Assembly: GCA_028282385.1 (NCBI GenBank)
Contig: JANQIB010000098.1
Location: 4,502 to 68,501, forward strand
From: Alphaproteobacteria bacterium
GTDB taxonomy: Bacteria > Pseudomonadota > Alphaproteobacteria > Micavibrionales > Micavibrionaceae
DNA: 64,000 nt
Reading direction: 5' to 3'
The stretch's first letter is position 1; every line of letters begins with the position of its first letter. The translations under genes and the position numbers were made by a program. Below, one piece after another: positions 46,383 through 60,258 of this stretch. Under the pieces are notes generated by a model that was not told the origin of the DNA, ran no database searches, and saw nothing but the letters and a program-made list of their open reading frames with translations.

Positions 46383-48520
46383 TACGTGTCTTTTGGAACT
46401 TCAATCCCTTGCTTGCTTAGCGCTTTTAAAACCTCATCGCGTTTCCCGTCTAAAACCACTCTTCCCTGATCCATTAAAATCAGGCGCTCAACTAGCGGTA
46501 AAAGCTGAAAACGATGTGTAATAAGGATAAGTGTTTTGCCCTTAGTTTGGTCAAAAAGATGTTTTGTAAAAGCCGTTTCAGCCTGTACATCCATCGCATT
46601 TGTCGGTTCATCACAAATATAGATTGAGGGATCCAGCAGCATTGCCCGCGCGAGCGCGATAGATTGCCGCTGCCCGCCGCTTAAACCTTCGCCGCGCTCA
46701 CCCACCGGAGCATCATACCCCATAGGATGCTGGGAAATAAAATCATGAACGCCAGATAGTCTTGATACTCGTAATACATCCTCTTCACTGGCATGTGGCA
46801 TACTGGCGGTAATATTGTCACGGACCGTCCCGCTAAATAAAACAACATCCTGGGAGATATAGCCTGTATTGCGCCTTAGATCGGCCGGGTCAATTTGTTT
46901 ATAATCCGTTTCATCATATAAAACGGTTCCCTCTTCAGGCTCATAAAGCCCAACCATCAACCTGGCAAGTGTACTTTTCCCTGAGCCAATCCTGCCGATT
47001 ACACCGATTTTTTCTCCCGGACCAATAGAAAAGCTGACATGATCTAAAACTTTGCGGCCTGCATTTGGATAAGAAAAAGACACATTTTTAAACGCGATCT
47101 GTCCCTTTAGGTCAGGACGATGAAGAAACTGTATTTCCGCCGGGCGCTCAACAGGCTGTGCCATAATTCCGTTTAATGTTTTTAAAGCAGACTTTGCACC
47201 ATGATACCGACTCATCAAGTTTGCCACCTGGCCGATTGGGGCTATGGCCCGACTTCCAAGCATAACGCAAGCAATGAGTCCGCCCATGGTCAGATTTTGA
47301 TCTTTAACAAGATACATGCCTGTTAAAACAACCAGGATTGAGGCAATTTGCTGTAGAAAAGTTGCCGCATTCACACCCAACGCAGATATAAAACGTGATT
47401 TCTGTCCATAAGCCGCGTTCTCACCAATATATTGCCCATAGCGAGCACGGAGCTTTCCTTCCGCTCCAATTGCTTTTAAAGTTTCTAAACCGGAGATTGT
47501 TTCAACCAACAAACCGTGTTTTGCTTCGGAAGATTTTGTTGCTTTACGAACAACGGATTTTAAAGGGGCTTGAAGCATGACGCCGATCGCAAAAACAATT
47601 ACAATCAAACAAAATAGAAGCAATGCAATGGATCCGCCAATGAGCCAAATGATAAACAAAAAGAAAAGAGCAAATGGAAGATCGACAATCGCCGTTAATG
47701 TTGCCGAAGTATAAAAATCCCTGACCGTATCGAACTCCCGCAGCATGTTTGCAAAAGCGCCACTTGAAGCCGGACGAAAAGCCAACCTCATATTTAAAAG
47801 TTGATCATAAATCCGCCGCGCCGCAATCACATCTGCCTTGCGACCGGCAAGGTCGATAAAATATCCACGCAGTGTGCGCATTAAAAAATCAAAAGAAAAT
47901 ACCGTTAAAGCACCAACTCCTAAAACCCAACCGGTTTCCAGCGCATTGTTGGGAATAACGCGGTCATACACATTCATAATAAAAATCGGGCTGGTCAAAG
48001 CAAACAGATTGATGAGCACAGAGGCTATCGCCACATTCCTATAAAGTGGTTTTGATTGCAAAACAGGACCCCAGAACCAATGCTGACCGGCCTCTTGATT
48101 CTCTTCATTTGTTTTTCCTGAGAAATCAGCGCGTGGATGAACCAATATACAATAACCGTCATATCGACTCTGCAGATCAGTTAAGGATAAAGAGCTTTTC
48201 TGCTGCCCTTCCGGAGACCAGATAATTGCTTCACCCTCGCTTTGCTCCAGAAGAACACAGGCTTCATTTCCCTTTAAAATTAAAACAGCCGGCAAAACTG
48301 CATTCTGAAGTTTTTTTATATTCTCACGATGGGTTATCTTGCTTTTAAGACCTATTTTATCAGCCGCTTCACAAAATAGGTTTGGTCCCATATTTTTTTC
48401 ATCATACGGCAAACCTGCTGTTAATGATGGCGCAGAACGAGCCTTCCCGTAATGACCCGTAAGGAAGACAAGGCATTCTAGTAATGGGTCTCCTTGATGC
48501 TTGTCTGTTGAATCGTTCAT
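46382..48520 (-). CDS. type I secretion ABC transporter (permease/ATPase) with an N-terminal C39-like domain
   Basis: 712 aa. Walker A is GRIGSGKST, the signature is LSGGQRQ and Walker B is IYICDEPT. The N-terminal ~130 aa are C39-like. The start and stop overlap the neighbouring genes. Confidence 0.85.
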   Translation of the reverse strand: MNDSTDKHQGDPLLECLVFLTGHYGKARSAPSLTAGLPYDEKNMGPNLFCEAADKIGLKSKITHRENIKKLQNAVLPAVLILKGNEACVLLEQSEGEAIIWSPEGQQKSSLSLTDLQSRYDGYCILVHPRADFSGKTNEENQEAGQHWFWGPVLQSKPLYRNVAIASVLINLFALTSPIFIMNVYDRVIPNNALETGWVLGVGALTVFSFDFLMRTLRGYFIDLAGRKADVIAARRIYDQLLNMRLAFRPASSGAFANMLREFDTVRDFYTSATLTAIVDLPFALFFLFIIWLIGGSIALLLFCLIVIVFAIGVMLQAPLKSVVRKATKSSEAKHGLLVETISGLETLKAIGAEGKLRARYGQYIGENAAYGQKSRFISALGVNAATFLQQIASILVVLTGMYLVKDQNLTMGGLIACVMLGSRAIAPIGQVANLMSRYHGAKSALKTLNGIMAQPVERPAEIQFLHRPDLKGQIAFKNVSFSYPNAGRKVLDHVSFSIGPGEKIGVIGRIGSGKSTLARLMVGLYEPEEGTVLYDETDYKQIDPADLRRNTGYISQDVVLFSGTVRDNITASMPHASEEDVLRVSRLSGVHDFISQHPMGYDAPVGERGEGLSGGQRQSIALARAMLLDPSIYICDEPTNAMDVQAETAFTKHLFDQTKGKTLILITHRFQLLPLVERLILMDQGRVVLDGKRDEVLKALSKQGIEVPKDT

Positions 48521-50103
48521 TATTCTCCCAGATCAGGATAAACCCGCTCATCACTAATCGGATCGAGTTTCTCTTCTTTTATTTCGATATCAGGCACAGG
48601 CTCCGGTGTCTGATTAACCTCATCTGGATCAACTTCAGAAGGACTGTCTACTGCCTTCGGAGTTGGGGCAACGAGCCCTTTGAAAACGCCTTCCCGAATA
48701 ACTTTATCGTCAATCTGTTTAGGAGGGAAAGGTTCTGATTCAACTTCTTCATAGATCTGTTTTTCTTCCATTGTAGACACAATCTCTGCAGGCACATCAG
48801 ATACCAGCGCTTGTTGCAAACGCCCGGCGCTTGCCAGCGCTGCATATTCCGTCAGGAACAAGGTGTATTCTGCGTTTAAATTTGCAAGACGAGCCCCAAA
48901 AAGCTGGTTGTCCGCCTGCATTAATTGCAAAAGCCTGATACGCGCACCTTCAAACTGTGCCTCATAAGACTCAAATAAGTTTTTTGTAATTTTTTCACGT
49001 TTTTCAGAAATCGCTTTTTGTTTCCTGGCTGTATTCAAAGCCTGATAGGATAAGGCAATATCACGTTCAACCTGACGCAATGTCTCCTGATGTTTGGCCA
49101 GCTTTTCCGAATGCTGTGCTTTCACTTTGCGAACACGCGCAAAATCACCGCCGCCCGTTGCAAAATCCCAACTCAGACGAAGTAAAGCACGCGCATCCTC
49201 AAGTTCTCCACCAATCTCTTCTTTTTGATCACGCTGCTGGTAAGAAAGTTCACCATCCAGATCAGGGAGTATAACACCCTGCTCTGCATCAACATCATAG
49301 CCTGCGGCTTCAATTTCTTTTAGGCTGGAAAGAATGGAGGGATGATTTGTTTTTGCAAAATCATTTGCCTCATCAGCCGTTGGAAATAAAAGCGGGCTGC
49401 TTGCTTTTGGTTTTTCAAGCCGGCTTTCCGGCATCCGGCCAACAATCTCTTTATAAGTGGCGAGCGCTGCTTCGGCCTGCCCCTGGGTCTGCGCCAGTGT
49501 TTCATCCAAAAGCAAATTAATGTTCCGAGCCTGGGCAGCCTCAACTTCATCGGCAGCACCTTCATCAACAAGAAGTTCAATACGGTCTAAATAATCTGAT
49601 AATTTGGATTTGTATGCTTTTACCTTTTCAACCGTTTCCTGAGCTTGCAGAACGCCAATATAAGCCTGCACAGCTTTTAAGGCGATATTCTCCCGGGCAT
49701 CAGCGACACTTAAATTCGCCGCCTCCATCCGCGCATTAGCCGCGTCAACGCGGTTAAATGTTTCCATGCCATCAAAGATTGGCTGCGTTAAAGATGCATT
49801 TCCTTCCCAAAGCCAGGAATAAGCTTCACCGCGATCTGTCGTTAACCCCCGGCTTGTACTGTTATCGGCAAACATACGGCCGCCGGTGATAGACGTACTC
49901 AGCGCAGGAAAAAAATCTGAACGTGCTTCCGCCCTGCCTTCCATCGCCGTTATCTCGGCAGCACGGGCCGCCTCGATTGTCGGATGATTATGAATTGCCA
50001 TCTGGACAGCCTCATGTAAGGTCTCTGCCTGCGCAGAAACAGATATTGCTGTCAGGCATAAAGACAGACCACCCAGAAAGAGTTTATTTCGGACATTAAA
50101 CAT
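48520..50103 (-). CDS. TolC-family outer membrane channel
   Basis: 527 aa with a signal peptide and two TolC repeats (LHEAVQMAIHNHPTIEAARA...), plus an acidic C-terminal extension. Confidence 0.8.
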   Translation of the reverse strand: MFNVRNKLFLGGLSLCLTAISVSAQAETLHEAVQMAIHNHPTIEAARAAEITAMEGRAEARSDFFPALSTSITGGRMFADNSTSRGLTTDRGEAYSWLWEGNASLTQPIFDGMETFNRVDAANARMEAANLSVADARENIALKAVQAYIGVLQAQETVEKVKAYKSKLSDYLDRIELLVDEGAADEVEAAQARNINLLLDETLAQTQGQAEAALATYKEIVGRMPESRLEKPKASSPLLFPTADEANDFAKTNHPSILSSLKEIEAAGYDVDAEQGVILPDLDGELSYQQRDQKEEIGGELEDARALLRLSWDFATGGGDFARVRKVKAQHSEKLAKHQETLRQVERDIALSYQALNTARKQKAISEKREKITKNLFESYEAQFEGARIRLLQLMQADNQLFGARLANLNAEYTLFLTEYAALASAGRLQQALVSDVPAEIVSTMEEKQIYEEVESEPFPPKQIDDKVIREGVFKGLVAPTPKAVDSPSEVDPDEVNQTPEPVPDIEIKEEKLDPISDERVYPDLGE

Positions 50104-50302
50104 AAGATGTTTGCCGCCAGGATAAGATTAAAAACGGAAGCATACTCGACCCCTTTGAATTTAAAGCTTTATCTGGTTCTATGCAAGAAGCCTGCCGCTT
50201 AAATAGCGGAATATTATAGATAACTATGATCCACACTCTTCACAAACTCTTGAATTTCAGGCAGTGTCTGCTAACTCATTAAGAAACAAAAAATATATAG
50301 GA

Positions 50303-51496
50303 ATGACGATTGTGGGTTTTACCATATCTATCTTAAAAGAAACCGCCCCTTACGAAGAGCGTGTTGCCGCAACGCCGGAAACGGTTAAAAAATTCGTTGC
50401 GATGGGTGCCAAAGCGCTTGTGGAAAAGGGAGCAGGCATAAAAGCCTCTATACCTGATGATGAATATGAAAAAGCAGGCGCGGAAATTTCTGAAACCGTC
50501 AAAGACACCGCCGATATTATTCTCTGTGTCCAGGCAAATACCGATACTTTAGAAGGAATGAAAACAGGATCTATTCTCATTGGACAGCTCGCACCGTATA
50601 ACAATGAGGATTTAATCAAAACCGCAGCGGATAAAAATATAACTGCTTTTTCTATGGAACTTGTGCCGCGCATTACCCGCGCTCAGGCAATGGATGTTCT
50701 GTCTTCTCAATCTAATCTGGCTGGGTATAAAGCTGTTCTTGATGCAGCTGAACACTATGGCAAGTCCTTTCCGATGATGATGACGGCTGCGGGAACAGTT
50801 CCACCAGCGAAAGTCTTTGTGATGGGCGCAGGCGTTGCCGGTCTGCAGGCTATCGCAACAGCCAAGCGCCTTGGCGCAATTGTTTCTGCAACCGATGTCC
50901 GCCCTGCCGCGAAAGAACAGGTTCAATCTTTAGGCGCAAGCTTTGTTGCTGTTGAAGATGATGAGTTTAAAGAAGCTGAAACAGCAGGTGGCTATGCCAA
51001 AGAAATGTCTGATGACTATAAGAAAAAGCAGGCTGCTCTCATTGAAGAAACGATCGCTAAACAGGATATTGTAATTACGACTGCTCTGATCCCCGGACGC
51101 CCGGCACCTAAACTGGTGACCGAAGCCATGGTCAAATCGATGAAACCGGGATCTGTCATTGTTGATCTTGCTGCGCCTACAGGCGGTAACTGTGAACTGA
51201 CAAAAGCAGATGAAATTGTTGAACAGCATGCCGTAACCATTATAGGTCATAGCAATACGGCTAGCCGCCTTGCAGCGTCCGCTTCTGCTCTGTACGCCAA
51301 AAATCTGCTGAACTTAATTGGGCTTATTATCGATACAGATTCCAAAGACATTAAAATTGACTGGGATGATGATATTATTAAAGGCATTGCCTTAACCAGA
51401 GATGGGAAAATTATTCATCCTGGTTTTGGCGGGCCAAAAGAAGCGCCAGAGAAAAAGCCCGAAGAGAAAAAAGACAATGATAAGGATGCAGCCTGA
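50303..51496 (+). CDS. pntA: NAD(P) transhydrogenase subunit alpha part 1
   Basis: [42 protein letters not shown] and [11 protein letters not shown] are present. The ORF opens at 50264 and I prefer MTIVGF at 50303. Confidence 0.9.
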   Translation: MTIVGFTISILKETAPYEERVAATPETVKKFVAMGAKALVEKGAGIKASIPDDEYEKAGAEISETVKDTADIILCVQANTDTLEGMKTGSILIGQLAPYNNEDLIKTAADKNITAFSMELVPRITRAQAMDVLSSQSNLAGYKAVLDAAEHYGKSFPMMMTAAGTVPPAKVFVMGAGVAGLQAIATAKRLGAIVSATDVRPAAKEQVQSLGASFVAVEDDEFKEAETAGGYAKEMSDDYKKKQAALIEETIAKQDIVITTALIPGRPAPKLVTEAMVKSMKPGSVIVDLAAPTGGNCELTKADEIVEQHAVTIIGHSNTASRLAASASALYAKNLLNLIGLIIDTDSKDIKIDWDDDIIKGIALTRDGKIIHPGFGGPKEAPEKKPEEKKDNDKDAA

Positions 51497-51918
51497 TGGA
51501 AGAAAAAACAGATCCAACCCTGACAGATAAAGCTGTCGACATTGCCAATCAGGCCCGCGAACTGGCCGATGAAGCTGCGGCTCTTGCCGTTCAGTCAAGC
51601 CAGACAGCCCTTGACGCTGCAAACAGCCATGATGCCTCCTTCTTTTTAAGCGGCTTAACCGTTTTTGTTCTTGCCTGCTTTGTTGGCTATTACGTTGTCT
51701 GGCGCGTGACTCCCGCTCTGCACTCCCCGCTGATGGGCATCACAAACGCGATCTCTTCCGTCATCATTGTCGGCGCACTCATCGCGGCCGGACCGGCAGA
51801 AATGAACTTTTCAAAACTGATGGGCTTTCTGGCTGTCATTTTAGCCTCTATCAATATTTTCGGCGGCTTTATTGTTACACGCCGTATGCTCTCAATGTTT
51901 AAGAAGAAAGGCGCGTAG
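51496..51918 (+). CDS. NAD(P) transhydrogenase subunit alpha part 2 (membrane)
   Basis: 140 aa. [18 protein letters not shown] and the TM helices are present. The ATGA overlaps pntAA. Confidence 0.85.
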   Translation: MEEKTDPTLTDKAVDIANQARELADEAAALAVQSSQTALDAANSHDASFFLSGLTVFVLACFVGYYVVWRVTPALHSPLMGITNAISSVIIVGALIAAGPAEMNFSKLMGFLAVILASINIFGGFIVTRRMLSMFKKKGA

Positions 51919-51921
51919 ATT

Positions 51922-53310
51922 ATGGATGGATTAGCAACACTGGCTTATCTGGTTTCTGCCGTCTGCTTTATTATGGCACTGCGCGGCCTATCACACCCTG
52001 AAAGCGCGCGCGGCGGATTAATTTACGGCGCTTCAGGTATGGTTCTTGCAATCGGAACCACAATCCTGATCGCAACGCAGTCCTGGCTTTTAATCGTTTT
52101 AGGAATCGCAATTGGCGGATCTATCGGGACGGTCATTGCACAAAAAATTCAGATGACAGCGCTGCCACAGCTCGTGGCAGCCTTTCACTCTCTCGTTGGT
52201 TTGGCAGCTGTCCTGGTTGCTGCTGCTGCCTTCTACAACCCCGAAGCCTACGGGATTGGCGTTAAGGGCGACATTGCCATTGGCAGCCTGATTGAAATGG
52301 CTTTGGGCGCTGCCATTGGGGCGGTCACTTTTACCGGATCCATTATTGCCTGGGGGAAACTACAAGGCACAATTTCCGGAAAACCTATTACTTTTCCTCA
52401 GCAGCACACATTTAATGCCGCGCTTGGCGGTCTTCTGATCTTTCTGATCTTCATGCTTTGTACGACTGAAGCCTCGTTCTTTTTCTGGACAGTGGTTCTA
52501 CTGGCTTTCGCCCTGGGTGTTTTGATGATTATTCCAATTGGCGGCGCCGATATGCCGGTGATTGTATCCATGCTGAACTCCTATTCAGGCTGGGCCGCGG
52601 CCGGGATTGGCTTTACCCTTCAAAACGACTTGCTTATCATCACAGGCGCGCTTGTTGGCTCTTCGGGGGCCATCCTTTCCTATATCATGTGTAAAGGGAT
52701 GAACCGCTCTTTCATTAGCGTTATTCTCGGCGGCTTCGGCGGCGAACAAGCCGCAGGTGGCAGCGCAGATCACGGGGACCGGAACGCGAATATCGGCGCA
52801 GCAGAAGATGCCTCTTTCATTATGAAGAATGCCTCCAAAGTCATTATCGTGCCCGGCTACGGCATGGCGGTTGCACAAGCTCAGCATGCCTTGCGTGAAA
52901 TGGCTGATCAACTCAAAGCCGAAGGCGTAGAAGTTAAATATGCCATTCATCCCGTTGCCGGACGGATGCCGGGCCATATGAATGTCCTGCTGGCTGAAGC
53001 CAATGTTCCCTATGATGAAGTCTTTGAACTGGAAGACATTAACCGTGATTTTGGACAGGCTGATGTTGCCTATGTGATTGGAGCCAATGACACAACCAAC
53101 CCGGCCGCTAAAAATGATAGCTCATCTCCAATTTACGGCATGCCGGTTCTGGATGTTGAAAAAGCCAAGACAGTCTTCTTTATTAAACGCTCCCTTGGTT
53201 CAGGTTATGCCGGAATTGATAACCCTCTCTTTTATGCCGACAACACTTATATGCTTTTAGGTGATGCCAAAAAAGTTACGGAAGATGTTGTCAAAGCGAT
53301 GGAAGAATAG
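51922..53310 (+). CDS. pntB: NAD(P) transhydrogenase subunit beta
   Basis: 462 aa. VPGYGMAVAQAQH, HPVAGRMPGHMNVLLAEA and GANDTTNPAA are present. Confidence 0.95.
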   Translation: MDGLATLAYLVSAVCFIMALRGLSHPESARGGLIYGASGMVLAIGTTILIATQSWLLIVLGIAIGGSIGTVIAQKIQMTALPQLVAAFHSLVGLAAVLVAAAAFYNPEAYGIGVKGDIAIGSLIEMALGAAIGAVTFTGSIIAWGKLQGTISGKPITFPQQHTFNAALGGLLIFLIFMLCTTEASFFFWTVVLLAFALGVLMIIPIGGADMPVIVSMLNSYSGWAAAGIGFTLQNDLLIITGALVGSSGAILSYIMCKGMNRSFISVILGGFGGEQAAGGSADHGDRNANIGAAEDASFIMKNASKVIIVPGYGMAVAQAQHALREMADQLKAEGVEVKYAIHPVAGRMPGHMNVLLAEANVPYDEVFELEDINRDFGQADVAYVIGANDTTNPAAKNDSSSPIYGMPVLDVEKAKTVFFIKRSLGSGYAGIDNPLFYADNTYMLLGDAKKVTEDVVKAMEE

Positions 53311-53312
53311 TT

Positions 53313-54263
53313 TTGAATCTGCCTGATCTTGAGCCCCGCTTTCTACCGCCTGAAGGTTGGGCCGAAGATTTTTTTGAAAACCCTGACAGCAAACACAAAA
53401 TTCGCTACGGCTTTGTAAAACACGAAACTCCTCTAGGAACAGTTGTTCTTTTGGGCGGTCTGAGCGAATTTGCAGAAAAATATTTTGAAACAATCCATGA
53501 TCTGATAGATCGTAAATTATCCGTCTTTACAATGGACTGGGCTTACCAGGGATTATCTACAAGGACCCACAAAAATATCCAGCGACGCCACAGTGACGGG
53601 TATGAGCAGGATATTTCTGATTTACACTTTTTTATAAATAACTATGTTCAGCCGCAATCGAAAGATTTACCCCTCATTCTCGTCGGGCATTCTATGGGAG
53701 GGCATATTGGTATCCGCTATCTTATGATGCATCCCGGCATTTTTAAAACCGCGGCCTTTTCTGCACCCATGCTGGGCATCAAACAAATCCAGCTCTTTGA
53801 AATAGGAATAAAAATACTTCTTATTCTTCTCAAACCTTTTAAAGATCGTTATGTTCCGGGTGGATCAGACTGGCATGAAAAAATGCGGAAAAGCGACGGA
53901 AGCGATATCTTTTCCTCTGACCCGCTCAGAGATCAAATCCACAATGCCTGGTGCCTTCATAACCCCAATCTGCAAGTTGGCAGTCCTACCCTGGGCTGGC
54001 TGTGGGAAAGCATGAATTCTATCCGGGCGCTTGACCGGAATGTTTTATCAAAAATACAAATACCGGCCTTATTAACCGCAGCAGGAGAAGATCAAATCGT
54101 TGTCAACCAGGCAATACAAGATGCTGCCACAAATATTCCTAACGCAGAATACCTCGAAATTCAGGGCGCTCACCACGAAATTCTCATGGAACAAGATCAA
54201 TATCGCATGCAGTTTTTTAAAGCCTTTGACGATCTCTTAAAACAGGCTAAAATCACTCCGTAA
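53313..54263 (+). CDS. alpha/beta hydrolase (lysophospholipase-like)
   Basis: 316 aa with the nucleophile elbow GHSMGG and a TTG start as in the ORF track. Confidence 0.7.
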   Translation: MNLPDLEPRFLPPEGWAEDFFENPDSKHKIRYGFVKHETPLGTVVLLGGLSEFAEKYFETIHDLIDRKLSVFTMDWAYQGLSTRTHKNIQRRHSDGYEQDISDLHFFINNYVQPQSKDLPLILVGHSMGGHIGIRYLMMHPGIFKTAAFSAPMLGIKQIQLFEIGIKILLILLKPFKDRYVPGGSDWHEKMRKSDGSDIFSSDPLRDQIHNAWCLHNPNLQVGSPTLGWLWESMNSIRALDRNVLSKIQIPALLTAAGEDQIVVNQAIQDAATNIPNAEYLEIQGAHHEILMEQDQYRMQFFKAFDDLLKQAKITP

Positions 54264-54281
54264 TTTAAGAAAGGCGCTCCA

Positions 54282-58248
<3,967 letters not shown>

Positions 58249-58265
58249 CTTCGGGCCGCCTTTTT

Positions 58266-59120
58266 CTAATCCGGTTTAAAGAGCGAGTCGACTGTCTTAT
58301 CGACAAATGAACGGTCGTCAAGAATCTGGCGCCGACTCTCTGCATCCAGAATTTTATAACTATCGTCGTACCACTCGGACCCAGGGTAGTTATGCCCCAG
58401 AACGGCAGCAATACGTGTCGCTTCTGTTTTTAAGCCCAGCGTTAAATAGGCTTCGATAAGACGGTGCAGCGCTTCCGGGATATGGGTTGTTGTCTGGTAA
58501 TCCCTAACAACCGCGCGAAAACGATTGATCGCCGCATTAATCTGCCCGCGGTTGAGATAATAGCGCCCAATCTCCATTTCCTTTCCGGCCAGGTGGTCCA
58601 GCGTCAGGTCTTTTTTAAGCTGGGCATCCCGCGAATACTGGCTTTCAGGAAAGCGCAGGATCAGGGTATTCAAAGCTTCCAGCGCATGCTGCGTCATCGC
58701 CTGATCGCGTGCCACATCAGAGATCTGCTCATAATAACAAAGCGCCTTCAGGTAATACGCATAATCAATATCTTCATTCCCCGGATGCAACTCAATAAAA
58801 CGGTCTAAAGCCAGGATGGCTTCATCATAACGATCATCCTGATAAGATGCATAAGCCGACATCAATTGGGATTTTGTCGCCCATTTGGAATAAGGATGCT
58901 GGCGCTCAACCTCTTCAAATTTATGTGTCGCCACTCTATAGTCTTTGGCCTCAAGCGCATCAGCTGCCTGATTATAGAGGACTTCAACAGGTGTGGTTTC
59001 GGAAGACTTCTTTTCAGCCTCCATCGCCTCTTCTTTGTCAGAAGAAGAGCACGCTGTCAGCAGGATCAGGCTCGTTGTCAAAACCAGGGTAAAAGCTTTT
59101 AAAACCATGCCTTTAGACAT
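58266..59120 (-). CDS. bamD: outer membrane protein assembly factor BamD
   Basis: 284 aa with a lipobox-like LLTACSS and TPR-like repeats (YYLKALCYYEQ, GRYYLNRGQINAAINRF). Confidence 0.85.
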   Translation of the reverse strand: MSKGMVLKAFTLVLTTSLILLTACSSSDKEEAMEAEKKSSETTPVEVLYNQAADALEAKDYRVATHKFEEVERQHPYSKWATKSQLMSAYASYQDDRYDEAILALDRFIELHPGNEDIDYAYYLKALCYYEQISDVARDQAMTQHALEALNTLILRFPESQYSRDAQLKKDLTLDHLAGKEMEIGRYYLNRGQINAAINRFRAVVRDYQTTTHIPEALHRLIEAYLTLGLKTEATRIAAVLGHNYPGSEWYDDSYKILDAESRRQILDDRSFVDKTVDSLFKPD

Positions 59121-59149
59121 AGCGCGTCAGCACCAAAATGGAAAGGGGT

Positions 59150-60073
59150 TTAAGCAGCAAAGGCGCTGTCTTTGTGGATTTGGGGATAAATCGCCCGGCC
59201 CGTTTCATCAAGATCAACATAATAATCAACGACTTCCCACGCCTCGGGATCGGCAAATAAAACCTTCAAAATCCGGTTATTCAGCTCATGCCCGGCCTTA
59301 ACACCATGGTAATGCCCTAAAACAGGACCACCTGCCAAAGCCAGGTCACCAACAGCATCCAGGACCTTGTGACGGATAAATTCATCTGTGCAGCGAAGCC
59401 CTTCTTCATTGATGACGCTGTCATCGGCTAAAACAATCGCATTGTCCAAAGATCCGCCAAGCGCCAGACCGGCGGCCCGCATGGCTTCAACATCTTTCAG
59501 AAAACCGAATGTCCGGCAATCGGACACATCATGTTTGAAATTTGCGCCAATCAAAGACAAAGAATAATCCTGAACACCAATATCCGGGTGATCATAATCT
59601 ATCCGGCCGCTATAAACCGGCATTGGTGAAGGAGAAAGACGGACAAATTTATCGCCGTCCTGATAACTCACTTCTTTAAGAACACGAATGGCGCGGCGCG
59701 GCGCAGATTGAGAAACAGCACCAGCCTCTTCAATGGCGTCGACAAAGAGACGAGCGCTGCCATCCATAATCGGCACCTCGGGCGCATCAACTTCGATCAG
59801 GGCATTATCAATCCCGCACCCCCGAAGAGCAGACATCAGATGCTCAATTGTCCCGACAGTTGCGCCAGTTTCATTCCCGATCACCGTACAAAGCTGTGTA
59901 TCGACAACATGGTCCCAACTTGCCGGAATAACATTATCCTGATCTGCAAGATCAACACGCTTAAAGACAATCCCATGGTCCACATCCGCAGGATGGATCG
60001 CCAGACGAACCGTTTTCCCGCTATGCAGGCCGGTTCCGGAAAGATGAATAGATGTCTCAAGTGTGTGTTGCAT
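59150..60073 (-). CDS. lpxC: UDP-3-O-acyl-N-acetylglucosamine deacetylase
   Basis: GTGLHSGK, TIEHLMSAL, IPIMDGSA and FIRHKVLDAVGDLAL are present. The start was chosen at MQHTLE (60073). Confidence 0.95.
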   Translation of the reverse strand: MQHTLETSIHLSGTGLHSGKTVRLAIHPADVDHGIVFKRVDLADQDNVIPASWDHVVDTQLCTVIGNETGATVGTIEHLMSALRGCGIDNALIEVDAPEVPIMDGSARLFVDAIEEAGAVSQSAPRRAIRVLKEVSYQDGDKFVRLSPSPMPVYSGRIDYDHPDIGVQDYSLSLIGANFKHDVSDCRTFGFLKDVEAMRAAGLALGGSLDNAIVLADDSVINEEGLRCTDEFIRHKVLDAVGDLALAGGPVLGHYHGVKAGHELNNRILKVLFADPEAWEVVDYYVDLDETGRAIYPQIHKDSAFAA

Positions 60074-60168
60074 AAGTCCTCTTTTTCTCACCCTAATATA
60101 TGGGAGCGCGCAAAAGCTTCTCAAATCACGCTTTGCAACGCTGTGTTACATTTATAAGGCGTTGATAT

Positions 60169-60202
60169 AAAAAAAAAAGAGGGCCAGCTTAGCTGGCCCT
60201 TA
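60169..60202 (-). terminator. rho-independent terminator after ftsZ
   Basis: On the minus strand: gggccagc-taa-gctggccc followed by a run of about 10 T. Confidence 0.85.
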
Positions 60203-60258
60203 GAAATCAGATTTTACTCTGGAGGACACCCGCAGGAACGCGGGATTCGTTTACTACC

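Noticed and set aside
48520-48800. An acidic C-terminal extension of about 90 aa on TolC, and the basic or charged tails on PurC (29612-29710) and PntAA (51430-51496).
   Set aside because: These are low-complexity tails with no recognisable motif. They are probably lineage-specific disorder, and I cannot say anything testable from the sequence alone.
58249-58420. A second GTTC-N7-GTTC or GAAC-N7-GAAC box upstream of recN, as an internal control for the SOS-box call.
   Set aside because: None was seen in the ~170 nt upstream, which lies inside the bamD 3' end. The recN promoter may be further upstream or may not be LexA-controlled, so this neither supports nor kills the operator call at 27160.
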